From: Octopus sinensis
Lineage: Eukaryota
Direction: 5' to 3'
Assembly: GCF_006345805.1 (NCBI RefSeq)
Contig: NC_043015.1
Coordinates: forward strand, 40,176,001 to 40,240,000
Length of the DNA: 64,000 nucleotides
In this document: one piece after another, positions 41,564 to 54,381 of the stretch
Numbering within the stretch: position 1 is the first letter of the stretch
How the letters are laid out: each line of letters opens with the position of its first letter
The notes under the pieces: model-generated
The model's database searches: none
What the model was told of the DNA's origin: nothing
Seen by the model: only the letters and a program-made list of their open reading frames with translations
Made by a program: the position numbers and the translations under genes

Positions 41564-42525
41564 GTATAGACGGTACTATGGACCGTGTGGTTCACCTTGT
41601 GTATCTCTGCTGGAGATGATCCAATATAGTGGCCCCCACCACTGATGTAGCTCCTTCCACTCTCTCCTTCTACCACCATCATAGATTATAAAATATTTAT
41701 AGGGTAATTAGGGCAATGAGCTGGCAGAATCGTTAGCGTGCCTGGTGAAATGCTTAGCAATATTTCGTCTGCAGTTACGTTCTGAGTTCAAATTCCACCG
41801 AGGTCGACTTTGCCTTTCATCTTTCCGGGGTCGATTAAATAAGTACCAGTTACACACTGGGGTCGATGTAATCGACTTAATCCATTTGTCTATCCTTGTA
41901 TGTCCCCTCTGTGTTTATCCCCCCCCCCCTTGTGAGCAATAAAGACGTATTTACAAAGTAATTTAGCTACTGCATATGTCTCTGGAATATTCACCACCGC
42001 CACCACTACCACCACCACCTCCAGCACAAAACAGTATCGTCACCACCACCTCTACCACAAAAGCACTGCAGTCATCACCACTACCACCACCACCACCACC
42101 AGTAGTTTCACTGTAGACATAACCCTAATATTATCTTATTTTCCTCAATTGTTAGTACAACATAAAGATAATGATTAATGTCAAATAGAAAACAGACATG
42201 AACACTTTTTTTTCACCACCTCTACAAAATCTAACGCACACACACAGGCATACACACACACACACACAGGCATACACACACACACACACACACAGGCATA
42301 CACACACACACACACACACAGAGGCACACACACAGTCGTTCTACAAACCCTATCACACAAACCATACATTATCTTTATTAGATAATTTACCAAAGGTTTT
42401 TAATAAGAAATACATTCGTTCATTCTTTCCTTCCTTTTTCTTTCATTCTTTCTTCTCACATACAATGAAGATATTGATTTATGTCATTCCTTTTTCCTTT
42501 CGTACATTATTTCCAGTAATAGTAA

Positions 42526-42556
<31 letters not shown>

Positions 42557-42681
42557 AATAGTTTTTATTGCTGTGGTTATCTCATCTGCCATTGCTTCCC
42601 AATCATTTTTTTTTTATAATTGTTCTCACCATCTTTCTCATATCCAACTCTATTCTGATTTCGGCAGATTTTCTTTACATA

Positions 42682-42743
<62 letters not shown>

Positions 42744-44623
42744 ATCATCATCATTGCTATTGTGGTTGCAAGGGCAGAATGCCTTTCACCAAACTTATGA
42801 ATTATTGCATACAATTTTCTAGTTTTGAAAAACATCATTTTATATTTTTGTTGTATTGTTTTTGTTAATAAGCCAACCAATGTTCTACGTGGCTGGTTGG
42901 CTTTGTTAAATTTTTGCCCATCTGGGCAGAATATGTTGTTGTTTGTTTTTGTTCTAAAACAAGAAAAAACGAAAATATACCCATGGAAAAAAAACATGGA
43001 AAAAAAACATTGCATCAAAATTTTATGCAAATTGTCAAAGGGGTGAAACCAGAGATTGGAAGAGCTGTTTTGGCTCCAACTTCCTCCATTTCCAATAAAG
43101 TGTCACTTTTCCTATTCCAATAAAGTGTCACTTTTCCTATTCCAATAAAGTGTCACCATTCCTGCCAACACTAGAAATCAAAACAAATAGGCAAGTGATA
43201 AAAACAACACCAACAATAAAGAAATTGAAAATAACATTTATGTAAACAGCTAAAATGAAAACTTAGAACCAAAAACATCTTAGTTGTCATTCGATACTTT
43301 TAGACATTTCATTTCTGCTGCCACTAACACCATTTATGCCAACACAAAATATGAAAATACTGCATGCGAAAATGGTGTCAGCAGCTCACCAAAAATAGAA
43401 AGAAATTGTTTTAAATTTTGAAGAATTAGAAAAATTCAAAACAATATTCTCATGAGACATGAGTAAAACATTGCACTCATTATCCCAGAATCCACCGAGT
43501 AACAAACTAACCTCAGAATGGTTGTCTTTAAAACTTTAGCCATAAAAAGTAGAAAATGGAACAGGTAACAGCAACAGATTGAAAAGGGTCTCAGACTAAT
43601 CTGGAACACCAAAACACATTCATCATCATAGTTTAACGTCCGTTTTCCATGCTAGCATGGGTTGGACGATTTTGACTGAGGGTTGGTGAACCAGATGGCT
43701 GCACCAGGCTTCAATCTTGATCTCACAGAGTTTCTACAGCTGGATGCCCTTCCTAACGCCAACCACTCTGAGAGTGTAGTGGGTGCTTTTTACGTGCCAC
43801 CTGTACGGGGGCCAGTCAGATAGAGCACAGCGAATGTGAGATTCCTTACAAAGGATGAGGCCAGAAAGATCTTCATAACTAATCTAAGATGGGATGAACT
43901 GGTCCTTATCCCAACCTCACTTGTTTGCAGAGTAGTTAGAATAAAAGTAGTCAAAATGCTGTCAGAAATAAACATTTGCTGGTTGGTGAAGCTGTATTTT
44001 TTTGATATGGAGTCAAAACCAACATTCTACAGATGCAGAGGCTGTAGAAACAAAATTGGTTTGATTGGGGGATGGAGCTATTGATCCAAACAGATCACCA
44101 AAGCAAGGAAGTTATCCCAGTACTAGTCAGTCTACCAAATATGGCTGTTGAGGGCTGAAGGCTGAAATGTCACTCGTATAGTGACACAAACCACCTTGAG
44201 GCTTTCAATCCACAACAAAGGAATGAAGAAAGACCACAACTTCTGCTGACACCATCGCTACCACAACAACAACAATAGAGCTAACAGAAAACCCAAAACA
44301 ACAACAACAGCTATATTATCAAAACAACACAAAAAATCTTCCCCAGATATGTCCCTCTCTGACTTCCTCTGCACAGATGTTGTACGACAAAGGGGTTGGG
44401 GAAGAGAGCAAAGGGTAACTAGTAACAAAGACAAAAAAGGGGTTTCTTTGTTTTTGTTATTTTTACTGTTTACACAATTCCATGCAACCCTTTATCACAT
44501 CATATCATATTGTATCACCCTGTACCATCTTCAAGCTGTTTGTAAATATTTAGCAATTGATAAAAAAAAATCATCTTATGAATAAATTAGAAACACTATT
44601 ATTACTATTATTATTATTATTAT

Positions 44624-44874
44624 TATTCTGTTGTGTCTGGGGAGAGCTATTTTCTTTTTGATTTAACACACTCACTGGTAAAATTTCCACTTATTTCTTA
44701 TTTTTATTTTCCTAAAAGTTTCATTGCATCTTGCAACCTTTTCAATAGTCTTGACTCTGGAAATGTTGCAAGACGCAGCGAAAATTTTAGAAAATGAAAA
44801 TAAAAAATAAGTGGAAATTTTACCAGTGAGTAAGGCACAAAAAGAAAATGACTCTTCCCAGACACAACAAAATA
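44624..44874. mobile_element. Almost loop-less inverted repeat next to (TAT)n, with a degenerate U3-A8 hammerhead
   Basis: Arms meet at AGTC-TT-GACT (44747-44756). Minus strand 44712-44748: CTA [TTGAAAA] G GTTGC-AAGAT-GCAAT GAAA CTTT TAG. Confidence 0.7.
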
Positions 44875-44945
44875 TGCTTCAACACACAAACTCATATAAA
44901 GAATCTTGCAAACCAAATCCAAAAACAAAATTATTATTATTATTA

Positions 44946-44984
<39 letters not shown>

Positions 44985-45357
44985 CTATATTCTGTGATGT
45001 TAGAAATCCTGTTATTTCCTTTAAAAAGCTATCGATAATTAATTGATCCAAGATGTATCACTGTTTCCTAACACTGCAATTAAATCTATCACTTATATAA
45101 TCACTTGTACCTACTTACGGCTAAGTAGACTGGACTATTGACAATAAAGTGTCTTAGTTATGGACAGTTAAGGACACAGTACATTGAACTACACCACACC
45201 ATGGTACCTATTAGAGCTAGGTAGATTAACTGGATAATAATAATAATAATTATAATGATAATAATAATTCTTCATTCATATAATAACTATTTTTTTAATT
45301 ATTTCATTATGATAACAATAATTATCTATCATAATAATGATAATACTAATGATAATA

Positions 45358-45388
<31 letters not shown>

Positions 45389-45441
45389 TAGTAGTAATAA
45401 TAATAATAATAATGATTATAATAATGGTCATGATAATAATA

Positions 45442-45476
<35 letters not shown>

Positions 45477-46308
45477 GTAATTATCATAATCAAATAATTA
45501 GTATTTGTTTTATTGAACATGTCAAGTAATTATTATTTCATGTTTTAATTAATTTTTCATATTTAACTCTCATATTGTGTCTTTTTTTCTTTCCCTCTTT
45601 CTCTCTCTGTCTCAATCTTTTCTTCTTCTGTGAACGATTTAAAATATATCGGTCCTAACTCTCCTTTCCATGGGAACAGCAATCCGTAAGAAACAAAATC
45701 ATCTTTTGTATCTGATTTTAACCCAGTTTTTTTTGTGTGTGTTTTTCCCTCTTTTTACATCCCAAAACGTTTTTTTTTTTTCCCCCCTTTTCTGTTGCAT
45801 GATTTTGGTTATACAGATGTTACAGACTGATTAACGAGTTATCATCTTGGTGTAAGCATGTCATCATTCTTCTGTTCCTTGTCATGAGTCTTCAGTCAAA
45901 ACATTTGTCATACTGCATGTGGTGTTTGAAACAAACTGACAAATATTTTTTTCTTTAAAAAAAAAAAAAAAAAGAAAGAAAAAGAAACTCATTCCTGTTC
46001 CAACTCACAACACAACTCTTTCTATATGATCTTTCATTCTTATTCAAAAACCAACTACAAAAAACTGACTCATCATCAGTTTGTCCATCATCATCACCAT
46101 CATTTCCATTATCATCATCATCATCACACATCCTCATTACCATGTCAATCATAAGAAATTTCACCAAAAGAAATTTCATTTGAAATGCTTCATTTTTTTT
46201 TTTTTTTTTATGTTTGACATTGAATAAAGATGTACTTGCATAGCAAGTGATCTGATCTGAGATCACGTGCTGGAACAAAAACAATTGCAGCATGGAAGGT
46301 GTTAAGCC

Positions 46309-46506
46309 ATTTAAGAAACACACAAAAACTGTTAGATTCACTTCAACATTTGAATTTAATTTGTCAAAATATTTTCGTCGCTTTGAGACCGTGCTGCATG
46401 GAATTTTGTCAGTGAACAGGTCGCGGCCTCAAAGCAACAAAAATATTTTGACAAATTAAATTTAAATGTTGAAGTGAATCTAACGGTTTTTGTGTGTTTC
46501 TTAAAT
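46309..46506. mobile_element. Inverted repeat (about 85 bp arms) with a G3-C8 hammerhead variant
   Basis: 46309-46393 vs 46422-46506. + strand 46405-46455: TTTGTCA [GTGAACA] G GTCGC-GGCCTCAAA-GCAAC AAA AATATT T TGACAAA. The other arm preserves GCGAC GAAA at the equivalent positions. Confidence 0.7.
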
Positions 46507-47117
46507 TGAATAAAGACTTGTCAATTTAAAATTTTTATAAAAACTTTTACCATTTATTTTCAATTTTATTTTTTAAAATGCTGATATAATGCACTTTATT
46601 TCTGTCCATACAACAAATTTGTCTTACAGTGAATTCGTCTTATGTTTAGTTTTCCTGTAAGGCAAAATTTTCTACACTGAATATTCCAGACATGACCATC
46701 AGTATCATCATGGTCAATATGGATAAAAATTATTTTTATTCGTTATTGGTTTGTTGTTGTTGTTTTAATACTAATGAGTGGTGGTTTTAATTATCTGTTT
46801 TAACACCACCACAAACACTACCACCAACTGGTTCTGGGTGCATTTCAGCAGAGTCCACTTTGTTGAAAGCTTTCATACCAGGTCTCATGTGAGTTTGAGG
46901 GAAACCACTTTCTCTCCCCTTGCCATTCTCAGGAACCCTAGAAAGGTTCAGGAGCACTAACCCACTTATGAATAACCAATATGTTTTAAGTGAAAAAAAA
47001 AATTTTTTATGAAAAATTTGATAAAATTATCTAAAAAATATATATTTTACTCTTACCTTTTAAACTTCATTTTTCTAATGTATATGCTTATATATACATT
47101 TCTAATTGTTAGCTCTC

Positions 47118-47153
<36 letters not shown>

Positions 47154-49136
47154 TGTGTGTGCATCATCATCATCATCGTTTAATGTCTGTTTTCCATGCT
47201 GGCATGGGTTGGATAGTTTGACTAGGGTCTGTGAAGCCAGGAGGTTGCACCAGGCTCCAATTTGATCTGGCAGTGTTTCTACAGCTGGATGCCCTTCCTA
47301 ACGCCTACAACTCTGAGAGTGTAGTGAGTGCTTTTTATGTGCCACCAGCACAGGGGCCAGAGGGGCTGTTATTTCTATGTCTATGTATTTGTTTTTATGT
47401 GTTTATGTAAATGTGTCTGTATTTGCCTGTATATCTGTGTGTTTGTTTTAATTGTTTATTCCGTGTGCATATATTGGTCTGATAGCATATTTATTAACAG
47501 ATTATATTTGTGTATATATATCCATAGGTAAACATGTTGCTAAATATCAGTATAGGCATATATGAATATACCTTTATACATCTACAAGGTTGTGAGCACT
47601 GTATTGTGATCAGCAAAAGAAGAGGGCCAATGTAATGCAGAGAGGATTATGGTCTTACTGAAGACCAGACTACCTCTCTGGTGTTGGTGTAATGATGAAA
47701 TGCAACCAGTACTCCTGGGAAAGGGGTTGGTGTTAGGGAGGTCAACCAACCATAGAAGTCATAACAAAAATGGAATGTGGGAGTAAGACATCGTCCCAGA
47801 ATCATCCAGTGGGTTGCAACCAGGTCCATATGGCCCATGGGTAGGTGGGGTCCATTTGAGATTTTGATGCTAAAATCTGTCTGCAATAAACTGGTTATGC
47901 TTCTACTGTACACAAAATACATTAACAATTTTTTCTTATATAATTCCTAATAATATTTAATCATGAAATTATTATAGCATTTGTTTAAAGATCAACTGGC
48001 TGGTGGGTAACCAAAGGGGTCCACAGGAAAAAGATGGTTGAGGACCACTGCTCTAAATAAGGGCTCAGATTGTATCAACCCATCCAACCTGTGCCAGTGT
48101 GGCAAAATGGTTGAAAAATGGTGGTGGTGATGATGATGGGTAGAATTATAAAGTTCTGAGTAAAGGGAAATCTTAGAAAACAGATTTTGGACATTAAGAC
48201 AAAGGGGGCTGGCAGTAGGGGTTATATAGGAGTGCAGTTTATTAATTCAGCAGGAATGAAAACTACTGTCACCATCACTCTCATATTCCAGCACCAAGTG
48301 GACTTCAGAGAGGCTCCATGTGGTTTATAAGTCATGCTAGAACTAACAACAATATCTCCCTAAAATCTGGCTACCTTAAGAATCCCTTCTGAAGGCAGTC
48401 AGGTTTTCTAGTTCTAAGACATACGTCAATGTCTTAGGACTATGCCTAACAAGGTTGGAAGCTCACAGCTGGAATGTCTAATTATAAATCTTCGCAATAA
48501 GAATTAACATGGGGTCATGGGGTCAGCACCAACCAATGCTTTAGGGATTCACAGTGTATTTGCTGCAACCACCACCATCTACCTCTAGTAAATCTCAACC
48601 ACTAATTAACAGTAATTGTCTACGATCTCATTATGACTTTCAAATGTATCTGTAGCATTGTTATTAATTTGATTCTTAGTTTTAATTCTGTCATCTCTCT
48701 GTTATGTTTATATCACTTCTGTGCATCCATAATTAAACATACATTGTTTCAATTTTGTTTAGTTTTTTTTTTTTTTGTGAAATTTTGTCTTTGTCTTCCA
48801 TCTTTCTTCATCTTGGTGCATGTCTGTGTGTCTTGGAGAAATATAGTTGAGATGTTTGGACAAAGTAAATTTGGATTTCCTACCTGAATTATTTCCATTT
48901 TTAATTAACATAGTTGAAAATTAACATTATTAATTATTCATATATTTATGTTTTTGTTAGATTTTTTTATGCTTTTATTCCTTTGTTTTACTTCATGATG
49001 TTGTTTTGTTCATTATTTGTACATACTAACACATGGGGCCATCCCTCCCCTTTCACAGGCATCTGTTGACAGAACTCTGTCAACCATGGTGTACCTTAGG
49101 GATCAGTCTTGTCACCAATTCCCTTCTTTCTCTATA

Positions 49137-49370
49137 TAGGCGGCGAGCTGGCAGAATCGTTAGCACGCTGGGCGAAATGCATAGCCGTATTTCGTCTGCC
49201 GTTACGCTCTGGGTTCAAATTCCGCCGAGGTCAACTTTGCCTTTCATCCTTTCGGGGTCGATAAATTAAGTACCAGTTAACGCATTGGGGTCGATGTAAT
49301 CGACTTAATCCGTTTGTCCGTCTTTGTTTGTCCCCTCTGTGCTTAGCCCCTTGTGGGTAGTAAAGAAATA
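49137..49370 (+). mobile_element. tRNA-derived SINE family A (representative full copy)
   Basis: GGCGGCGAGCTGGCAGAATCG (A box) ... GGGTTCAAATTCC (B box) ... GCCTTTCATCCTTTCGGGGTCGATAAA. Other copies near 82, 313, 3289, 5343, 16115(-), 17461, 27836(-), 41711, 52970(-), 56359 and 60893. Confidence 0.88.
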
Positions 49371-49938
49371 TATATATATCCATGGCTCTTTGCACTAGAC
49401 TCCATGGGTGCTACCCTTCCAACCAAATTCCCGTGGGTGCTGCCCCTTCAACCAGCAAGTAAAAATAATAAAGATCTCAGAGGATTCCCTCCCTATTTGA
49501 CTCATATTATGAAGGCAACTAAATTGATGCTTCATCTCGTGTACAATGCCAGCAGGTACCAAGATCTATGTTGAGGAATCTGATGGATTTAGGCGGAGTA
49601 CCCTGGGGTACCATTGATTAGTTATATTATATTTCTAATGTATTTTTACTAATTTATTGGTTTTACTAATATTAGTTTTTACTAATACTGTATTTTTATA
49701 ATTTGATAATTTTAGTTTTCAAACTATTTTTACTGTATTGTTCCTCCCGTAGTGGCCTTTTGGCAAACAAGAAATTTATTATGATTATTGTTATTATTAT
49801 TATTCTTATTATTATTATGATAAATATTGTTATAATAATAATTATTATTGCTGTTGTTGTTTTGAACTTTTGATATTTGTAGTAACTTATGCCATCTCTT
49901 GACAGAATCTCTCTCCTATCCATCTATCTATCTATCTA

Positions 49939-49989
<51 letters not shown>

Positions 49990-51521
49990 GTCTATCTTGG
50001 TATCTGTTTGCCTCTTCTTTCTTTTCATTTCTTTCCCTCCATGTGCTTTGGAATTTCTCTCCCCCCCCTCTCTCTCTCATATATGTATGTATATATATAC
50101 ATATATATATACACCTCTCTGGTTATGTCCCTCCAATGCATCTTGTTGCATTTTACTTCAGTTAAAAACTTTGAAAAGAGAAAGAAAAATGACAAAATGG
50201 TATTGTGTGTTCAGTTCTTGTGAAACAATAGCATTATAGATGTTGTGGTAATCATCCTTGCCGTAACAAATGCATGTTCAGTGGAAGATGAGATATCATT
50301 GCAACACTCTAAGTACAAGACTAACAGAGTAGATACCTTTTCGTTTTTTTCTTTCCCCTCTTTCTCTCTCTCTCTCGGCATCTCTTTCTTTCTTCCTCTC
50401 ATTTATTTATTCATGCAAAATATATATTCATTCATTCACACCTACATTCATTCACACACATTTGTTCATATACATACACTCCTCTGCACACACATACACA
50501 CACATAGAACGTTGAAAAGTTGCCCCACCCCACCCCTGCCAATGACAAGATTCATGTCTCCATTGAGCTCACAGACTCATTAAGACATCAGACACATCTC
50601 CATGTTCCATTTTTTGGTTTGATTTCTACAGCTGGATTCTTTTACATCATGAAGTTATTGTCTAAAAAATAAGAAACGGTCCTTATAATGCAAGGTTACA
50701 ATTTGAAATATGGACCCTTTAAAATTAGGGGTTTTGTACCATAGAACCAGGGGTGGGGGCAGTCTTGGATGGGGGTTGATACCAAAAGAATAAGCAACAT
50801 CATTTTACTTCAGTCATACAATATAGTTTTATAAACAGCCACTAAAAGAACTCATTTGTGGCATTACTGTCACAGTAGCCAATCATTCCTCAATGCATAA
50901 AGGGCCACTGAACAAGCATATTAAGGCAATTTCTCTTTCTAAAGCAGAGGTTAGCTTTATGAATCGTCTTATGCTCCAACATTCTTTCCAAAACCTTCAT
51001 TCCATAACTTAATCACTTTATATAAACCACAGTCTAGGAAATCACCTTCCTTCTTGTACAAATCGATGAGTGTGCTTGACTTTCAATCCAAGGTTCATTT
51101 AAGACCTGATCGATAATAAATAAGGAGATTAATCTATGGTAAACCATGTAATTTTATCAGATCAATTAATTTTACCATTAATTGCTTCTTTTATCTCAGC
51201 CTTTCATTTCAAGAATCATGTTTCTCCTGTCTTTAATTAATCCAAACAAGCCACTAACATTCGTTAGTTCTGCTCAGGAATTATTTCCCAATGTATCTGA
51301 TCGAGGATCTTGTATTTCAGGTTGGTTTTCCACCCAAAATAGCAAGAATATAATATTTATCTGCTCACACGAAAAATAAATAAATAAATAAATAAATGCA
51401 TATATATGTGTATGTATATATATAACGGGAAGGTTTGTGAAAATAAACAAAAGAGGAAGGCAGGTGGAGTACAAACAAACAAATGTATTAGTATGGCGCT
51501 CAGGAATAGAAATAGAACAAG

Positions 51522-51559
51522 TCTTTTACGTTTCGAGCCTACGCTCTTCGACAGAAAGA
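51522..51559 (-). ncRNA. Solo minimal hammerhead fold, core CUGUCGA (A6U)
   Basis: Minus strand: TCTTT [CTGTCGA] A GAGC-GTAG-GCTC GAA ACGT A AAAGA; perfect stems I and II, palindromic stem III. Confidence 0.6.
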
Positions 51560-51872
51560 TCATCATCATCATCATCATCATTGTTTAACGTCCGCTTTCC
51601 ATGCTAGCATGGGTTGGACGGTTCAACTGGGGTCTGGCAAGCCCGAAGGCTGCACCAGGCCAGTCAGATCTGGCAGTGTTTCTACAGCTGGATGCCCTTC
51701 CTAACGCCAACCACTCCGAGAGTGTAAAGATACACAGAAAAAAAACAAGGAGAGAAACAAGGAGAGAAAAAAAATGCGTGTAGGAGCTAGATATATATAG
51801 GGAGAGAGAGAGAGCAGTTGTATACTGTCAACTTAATGTGACAGTCCCATAAAGGGAATCACACCATCGCTA

Positions 51873-52062
51873 TTTAGCCCTAGGAAGCATCGACGCTTCC
51901 TGTCGGCCTTGACACATTTCCTGTGTCCTTATGTTTACAAAGGGGAGACAAGCACCCCCACCCAGCTAAGCCTGCTCCCAGAGAATAGTTTCTGAGTCTT
52001 TGCTCTTCATCAGTCTGGTGTAGCAAGGCCGACAGGAAGCGTTGATGCTTCCTAGGGCTAAA
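51873..52062. mobile_element. Inverted repeat (39 bp arms) whose spacer contains a hammerhead
   Basis: TTTAGCCCTAGGAAGCATCGACGCTTCCTGTCGGCCTTG (51873-51911) vs 52024-52062. Confidence 0.7.
51978..52018 (-). ncRNA. Minimal type I hammerhead, canonical core
   Basis: Minus strand: CCAGA [CTGATGA] A GAG-CAAAGA-CTC A GAA ACTATT C TCTGG; stem III is one change away from the palindrome ACTAGT. Confidence 0.7.
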
Positions 52063-52803
52063 GCATAACAATCGTTTCGGCTTGCATCTGCTCTGTTCCC
52101 TATTGGGTGGGGAATGATGTAATGGAATCGAATGCACCCCCCACAGTGCAGGAGAAACCTCATCAGGTTGCATAACATACTACAGTGTTATAATATGTAC
52201 ATCTTGCTACTGTGTGTGGCAGGATGAAGTTAATAGGATACAAGCATTTATAGTTGATCACAAATCCACTAATGAGGCAGGATGGCCACTATATATTTTG
52301 GGAGTGGTTGGTAAAGAATATGAAAAATCAAAATACAAAGAGCACTTTTCATTCAAAAGCCATTCTGACCTTCCCATTTATTCACTATCTATCTCACACA
52401 TACACACACACACAAATACATGTACACACACACACATACAGATGCACACATACGTACATACATGCACACACACATATGCATGTACACACATACGCGTGCG
52501 CGCACACAGACACACACAAACTCTGTAAAGTAGTTAGTATTAGAAATGGCATCCAGCCATAGAAATCATATCAAAAATGGAGCATACATGCAAGATTTGG
52601 TCCCCTGACTCAGATCAAGACAATCCCCCACCCACCCCAAAACACGTACCCAATACACTCCTCAGAGCGATTGATGTTTGGAAGGGCATCCAGTTGTAGA
52701 AACCTTACCAAAACTAATGCATTGGAACAAGGTACAGACTTTTGACCCCCTGGATCCTGTCAGAACGTCCAACCTATACCAGCAGGGAAAGCAGATATAA
52801 AAG

Positions 52804-52847
<44 letters not shown>

Positions 52848-53520
52848 GAAGACTCAAGAAGTAATACTTGTGAAGTTGCAGTTAAAAGCCGTACATAGAA
52901 TGGATTTGACTCAAAAACGAGTATGGAGTCCTTTTATCAGTAAAGTGCTTATTTTTCATTTAATAGCCTTACCTATTTCTTTACTAGCCACAAGGGGCTA
53001 AACACAGAGGGGACAAACAAGGACAGACAAACGAATTAAGTTGATTATATCGACCCCAGTATGTAACTGGTACTCAATTTATCGACCCCGAAAGGATGAA
53101 AGGCAAAGTCGACTTTGGCGGAATTTGAACTCAAAACGTAGAGGCAGATGAAATACCTATTTCTTTACTACCCACAAGGATGAAAAGCAAAGTCGACCTC
53201 GGCGGAATTTTAATAGCCTTACCACTACCACACACACACACTGGTGCACACATACACACACACACACACGTGTATAAGGACAAATTGAGCCATGTTGTGT
53301 GCATTGTAGCAAGATGAACTGAATGCAATGATTCCACATTGGAACGATTTGCTCAGAAAGCATGATTGTTGTTCATTTGAGCATCTTCAGTTGTGAAAAT
53401 ATATTTTATGTACTGCGGCATTTTTTGCATAGAGCATGCAATTCTACAGCACAGAGAGATAAACAAAATACATATTTGAAATTTTCAGATTGCTCAATAT
53501 ATTAATTTGCTGGATGTATT

Positions 53521-53710
53521 GTGTTTAACTTTCAACATGTAGCATGTTTAGCTTACAACATGTAGTGTGTTTAGGTTACAACATGTAGCATGTTTAGGTT
53601 ACAACATGTAGCGTGTTTAGGTTACAACATGTAGCGTGTTTAGGTTACAACATGTAGTGTGTTTAGCTTACAACATGTAGCGTGTTTAGCTGACAACATG
53701 TAGCGCATTT
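53521..53710. repeat. 23-bp minisatellite
   Basis: TGTTTAGGTTACAACATGTAGCG units. Confidence 0.85.
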
Positions 53711-54333
53711 CAGTTTTAGTTTGCAAGTGTGTTTAGTTTACAAGATAAAATCACTATTTTAGCTTGCTAAATGTTATAATTTTAATTTGCTGAATGTAGC
53801 GTTTTTAGCCTTTTAGTTTTTAGTTTTTACCAAATGTAGTGAGTTTAGCTTGCTAAAAGTAGTAGTTTTAACGAGCTAAAATGTAGTGCCTTTAACGAGC
53901 TAAAACGTAGTCCTAAATGTAGGAATTTTAGCTTGCAACACATTGTGGTGTTCTTAACTAGCTATTAGATGTGATTTCATCTTCCTAAATAGACAAAACC
54001 TTCATTATATACAGTAAGACTGGTTATTTTCAACATTGCACTACCTATGCTCAGCAAACAGATAGTGCAAACGTTGTAAGATAGCGTTCTATTTTAAATT
54101 CTAATCTCGGTACTTCTTTGGTAAGTCTGGTTATTCCCAGATATCCATTTCCATAATTCTGTTGTCAGCAATATTGATTTTTTGACTTTTAATAAGTTAA
54201 AATGTCGTCTACGTTGATAAACATTTTAAAGTCTGCAGTAGTCAGATAAATTTATTGTTTTAAAATTAAATCAGTTATGGCAAGGGAAAGAAAGAAAGAA
54301 AGAAAGAAGGATTTATCATCATCATCATCATCA

Positions 54334-54381
<48 letters not shown>

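Noticed and set aside
45817-45851. Possible 35-nt + strand exon (phase 2-1, CYRLINELSSW) in the long intron
   Set aside because: No similarity to the anoctamin exon it would replace, and inclusion would shift the frame; likely chance splice-like motifs.
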